Assembly: GCA_964016885.1 (NCBI GenBank) | Contig: OZ024741.1 | Location: 373,426,001 to 373,490,000, forward strand | Direction of reading: 5' to 3' | Length of the DNA stretch: 64,000 nucleotides | DNA from: Eledone cirrhosa | Taxonomy: Eukaryota | Part shown: one piece after another, positions 59,956-64,000 of the stretch | Position numbering within the stretch: the first letter of the stretch is position 1 | Layout of the letters: each line of letters begins with the position of its first letter | The notes under the pieces: model-generated | Database searches by the model: none | Told to the model about the DNA's origin: nothing | Seen by the model: only the letters and a program-made list of their open reading frames with translations | Position numbers and translations under genes: made by a program

Positions 59956-60240
59956 CATATATATATACATAAACATATATATATACATATATATATATAC
60001 ATATATACATATATATATATACATATATATATATACATATATATATATACATATATATATATACATATATATATATACATATACATATATACATATATAT
60101 ATACATATATATATATACATATATACATATATATATATACATATATATATATATACATATATATATATACATATATATATATACATATATATATATACAT
60201 ATATATATATACATATATATATATACATATATATATATAC

Positions 60241-60273
<33 letters not shown>

Positions 60274-60274
60274 C

Positions 60275-60337
<63 letters not shown>

Positions 60338-60338
60338 T

Positions 60339-61356
60339 ACTCTTTTACTCTTTTACCTGTTTCAGCCATCCGGCTGAGGCCATGCTGGGGCACCGCCCTT
60401 GTTGCTACACATCTTATCTCCACCCTGTATAGGTTGGCCACTGGTGTAAGAGGGAGTTTGTTGCTGCTGCCCTTAGGTTTCCCTCGTGTCTTGCTGTGGG
60501 CTCATCCGGGATCCTGGATAACAAGGTGTCGAGATGTTTTTTGAAGACATCCACTTCCATGTCATGCAAATCTCTCAGATCCCTCGGCAGCCTGTTGAAG
60601 AGTTGAGGGCCCTTGAATCCCAGGCTATTGCAATACCTGCTCCTTATTCTAGATGTGGAAGACGAGACCTTTGGCACCACACAGTGACGTCCTGTTCGAC
60701 GGTTGGTCCAGCTCCCAATGCCAAAGTTTGGTGCTAGTCCCTCCAGGATTTTCCACATGTAGATCACTGCGTATCTCTCCCGTCTTCGCTCCAAGGAGTA
60801 GAGGTTCAGTTACTTTATCCTCTCCCAGTAGCTTGTCTCCCTCATCTTGGCAATTCTCTTGGTGTAGCTTCGCTCGATTGCCTCAAGCTCCGTGGTTAGT
60901 TTGACACTATGGGGTGACCACAACTGGGAGCAGTAGTCCAGGAGGCTTAGGACAAATGTCCTCCATAGTGTCAACATGGTGTCTCGGTCACTTGTCCAGA
61001 AAGTCCTCAAGATCCAGCCAGCGAGTTGTCTGCCCATTGTCGCCACTTTCATGATGTGTGAAGAAAAAGATGCATCATTGCTCATGTCTATGCCCAGGTC
61101 TCGCATTGATTTTGACACGGGGATATCGGTCCCTCCTGGTCCTGTGTAGTTGTGTTCCACTATATTTGTGTTTGCAGGTTTGTTTGGAGGTTTGTATTGT
61201 AGGGCTTGGAATTTGCCAGCATTAAACTGCATGTTGTTTTCTTCCGCCCATTTGTATATGGCATCCAGATCCTGCTGTAAAAGGGCAGCGTCAGCCGGGT
61301 TTTTGATTGCCTGTGCTACCTTATTGACATCAGCATAGCTAGTGAGGGATGTTGTT
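60339..61356 (-). mobile_element. Second CR1-group LINE family, 3' fragment
   Basis: SYADVNK (YADD mutated), [30 protein letters not shown]; tail gtaaaagagtaaaagag. Confidence 0.9.
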
Positions 61357-61366
61357 GTATACATAC

Positions 61367-61399
<33 letters not shown>

Positions 61400-61422
61400 C
61401 ATATATATATACATATATATAC

Positions 61423-61457
<35 letters not shown>

Positions 61458-61554
61458 CATACATATATATATATATATATATACATACATACATACATAT
61501 ATATATATACATATATATATATATACATATATACATATATATATACATACATAT

Positions 61555-61585
<31 letters not shown>

Positions 61586-61654
61586 CATATATATATACAT
61601 ATATATATACATATATATATACATATATATATACATATATATATACATATACAG

Positions 61655-64000
61655 ATAGAGACATTTAACGTAGAAGAGAACTGGGAGTTCCTAAAAAATA
61701 ACTTACTAGAGGCGACGGATGAGGTTTGTGGCTGGAGTAAGACCTCAAGCAGGAGGAGAGTGACTTGGTGGTGGAACAATAAGGTAGATGAAGCAGTCAA
61801 GGCCAAGAGACAGGCATGGAAAGAATGGAAGAACGGGGGGAGCAGGGTACATTACATAGAGACCAAGAGGGAAGCTAGGCGACAAGTATACTTAGCTAGG
61901 AGGGAAGCAGAGGATAGAAAATTCAAGCATGTTTTACAACGTGAGGACCAGAAACAAGAGGTATTCAAGATTGCGAGGCAGTGTGTCAGAGATAGTTGTG
62001 ATGTCATTGGAGAGAAGTGTATCCGGAATGATAAAGGTGAGCTTGCCCTCACAAGTGCTGAGAAGAAAGATGCATGGAAGAGTCATTATGATAGATTACT
62101 AAATGAGGAGAATGCATGGGAAGAAGAGACCCTACCCCACGTAGACCCTATAGAGGGACCAGCAGTACAAGTCAGCGGCAGCGTAGTAAGTAAGGCAATC
62201 AGAGATATGAAGATAGGGAAGGCAACCGGTCCATCGGGTATAGCTGCCGAGATGCTGAAGGCATCTGGGTCTGTAGGTCACACTATAACCACACGTATCG
62301 TTAACCAGGTAATACTAGAGGGGGCCATACCAAAAGATTGGTGCAGTAGCATCATTGTCAACTGCTACAAAGGTAAAGGCGATGCACTAGATAGAGGAAA
62401 CTATAGAGGTATAAAGTTGATGGACCAGGTCATGAAAGTAACAGAAAGAGTTATAGCACAGCTGATTAGGGACCGGGTGAATATAGACGAGATGCAATTT
62501 GGGTTTGTTCCAGGGAAAGGCACCACTGATGCGCTCTTCCTTGTGAGGCAATTACAGGAAAAGTACCTAGCTAAAAGTAAGCCACTCTACTTGGCATTTG
62601 TCGACCTTGAGAAAGCCTTTGACAGAGTTCCACGTGCAGTAATCTGGTGGGCTCTTAGAAAACTAGGAGTAGATGAATGGCTTGTGAAAGCGGTACAAGC
62701 CATGTATAGGGGAGCAGTCAGCAAAGTTAGGATTGGCAATGAGTATAGCGAGGAATTTAGCGTACAGGTTGGGGTCCACCAGGGCTCTGTTCTTAGCCCT
62801 CTCCTGTTCATCATAGTCCTGCAGGCAATAACGGAGGAGTTTAAGACCGGATGCCCATGGGAACTCCTGTATGCTGATGACCTCGCACTCATAGCTGAAT
62901 CTATGGTAGAACTAGAGAATAAATTCCAAACCTGGAAGCAGGGACTAGAGAGAAAGGGCCTCAAAGTCAACATGACAAAGACTAAGGTCCTTATAAGTAG
63001 ACGAGAAAACAGAACCCAGATCCCCTCAGGGAAATGGCCTTGCTCAGTATGTAGGAAAGGTGTAGGTAGGAACTCCATCCTTTGCCCCAAATGCAAACAA
63101 TGGGTACACAAGAGATGTAGCGGGATCTCAGGAAGCTTAATTAAGAATGTAGGATTCACATGCAGCAGCTGTTGCTGAAACAGCAAGCAAACAGCCACAG
63201 GAAACAAGTACCACCAATCTCTGGGAGGGCCCTGTAGAAACAGTAGACAGCTTCTGCTACCTAGGTGACCGAATTAGCAACGGAGGTGGGTGCTCAGAAA
63301 GTACAATAACTAGGGTAAGAACGGGATGGAAGAAGTTTAGGGAACTACTACCACTGCTAGCTGCAAAAGGCTTCTCCCTCAGAATGAAAGGCAGACTGTA
63401 TGATGCGTGTATCCGAACAGCGATGTTGCATGGTAGTGAGACCTGGGCGCTGAAGGTGGAAGACTTACGTAGATTAGAGAGAAACGAAGCCTGCATGCTC
63501 CGATGGATGTGTAACAGTAATATACGTGAACGACAAAGCATAAATGAATTGAGAGAGAGACTGAGCATAAGAGGAATCAAATGCTGCGTGCAGGAGAGGC
63601 GGTTACGCTGGTATGGACATGTGATGCGTATGAAGGATGACAGCTGCATAAAAAGGTGCAGAGCACTAGAAGTTGATGGAAACCGCGGAGTGGGGAGACC
63701 CAAGATGACTTGGGATGAGGTGATAAAAGCCGACCTTACCCAACTACACCTCTCAAAGTCAATGACACACGACCGTGACTTCTGGCGTCACGCAGTAATA
63801 CAGGGTACCCGACCTCCCATGGGTACATGCTGAAGCATATAAACAATATGCCCCCCCCCCCACCGCAAGGTGGTCGTGGAGGTGCCACGGCAAAAAAGCA
63901 CCCAGCCCACACTGTAAAGTGGACGTGTAGGCGCCACGAAAAAGCACCCAGCACTCACTGTAAATGAGGTTGGTGTTAGGAAGGGCATCCAGCTGTAGAA
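61655..64000 (+). mobile_element. RTE family B, longest copy (linker, full RT, PHD, thumb, 3'UTR; no APE domain; frameshift near 63170)
   Basis: [37 protein letters not shown]; ORF 63384-63833; runs off the window end. Confidence 0.95.

Overview
AT-rich eukaryotic (animal) DNA, most likely an octopod cephalopod (inferred from the SINE/RTE repertoire and the enormous TA/TACA microsatellites). Almost all long ORFs in the track are microsatellite artefacts or retrotransposon fragments. The window appears to be mostly intron of a minus-strand PDE4/dunce-type phosphodiesterase gene: the only host coding sequence I can support is a 77-nt first exon (45298-45374, MPLRTAMLSVPGNESLSARRRHSWI|gtaag) resembling the RRHSWIC N-terminus of vertebrate PDE4D3/PDE4B4. 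The rest is nested mobile DNA: at least four RTE LINE families (three with a PHD finger after the RT core), two CR1-group LINEs, Penelope-like (GIY-YIG) fragments, several tRNA-derived SINE families, a non-autonomous Helitron, MITEs and mini/microsatellites. The most notable signal is a set of about nine type I hammerhead ribozyme motifs found by eye. These include a non-coding, highly structured 540-bp tandem repeat (19332-20570) carrying one hammerhead per unit (retrozyme-like, predicted 540-nt monomer/circular RNA), hammerheads with oversized stem II inserts, and U3-A8 core variants. All folds were paired manually and none was computed.
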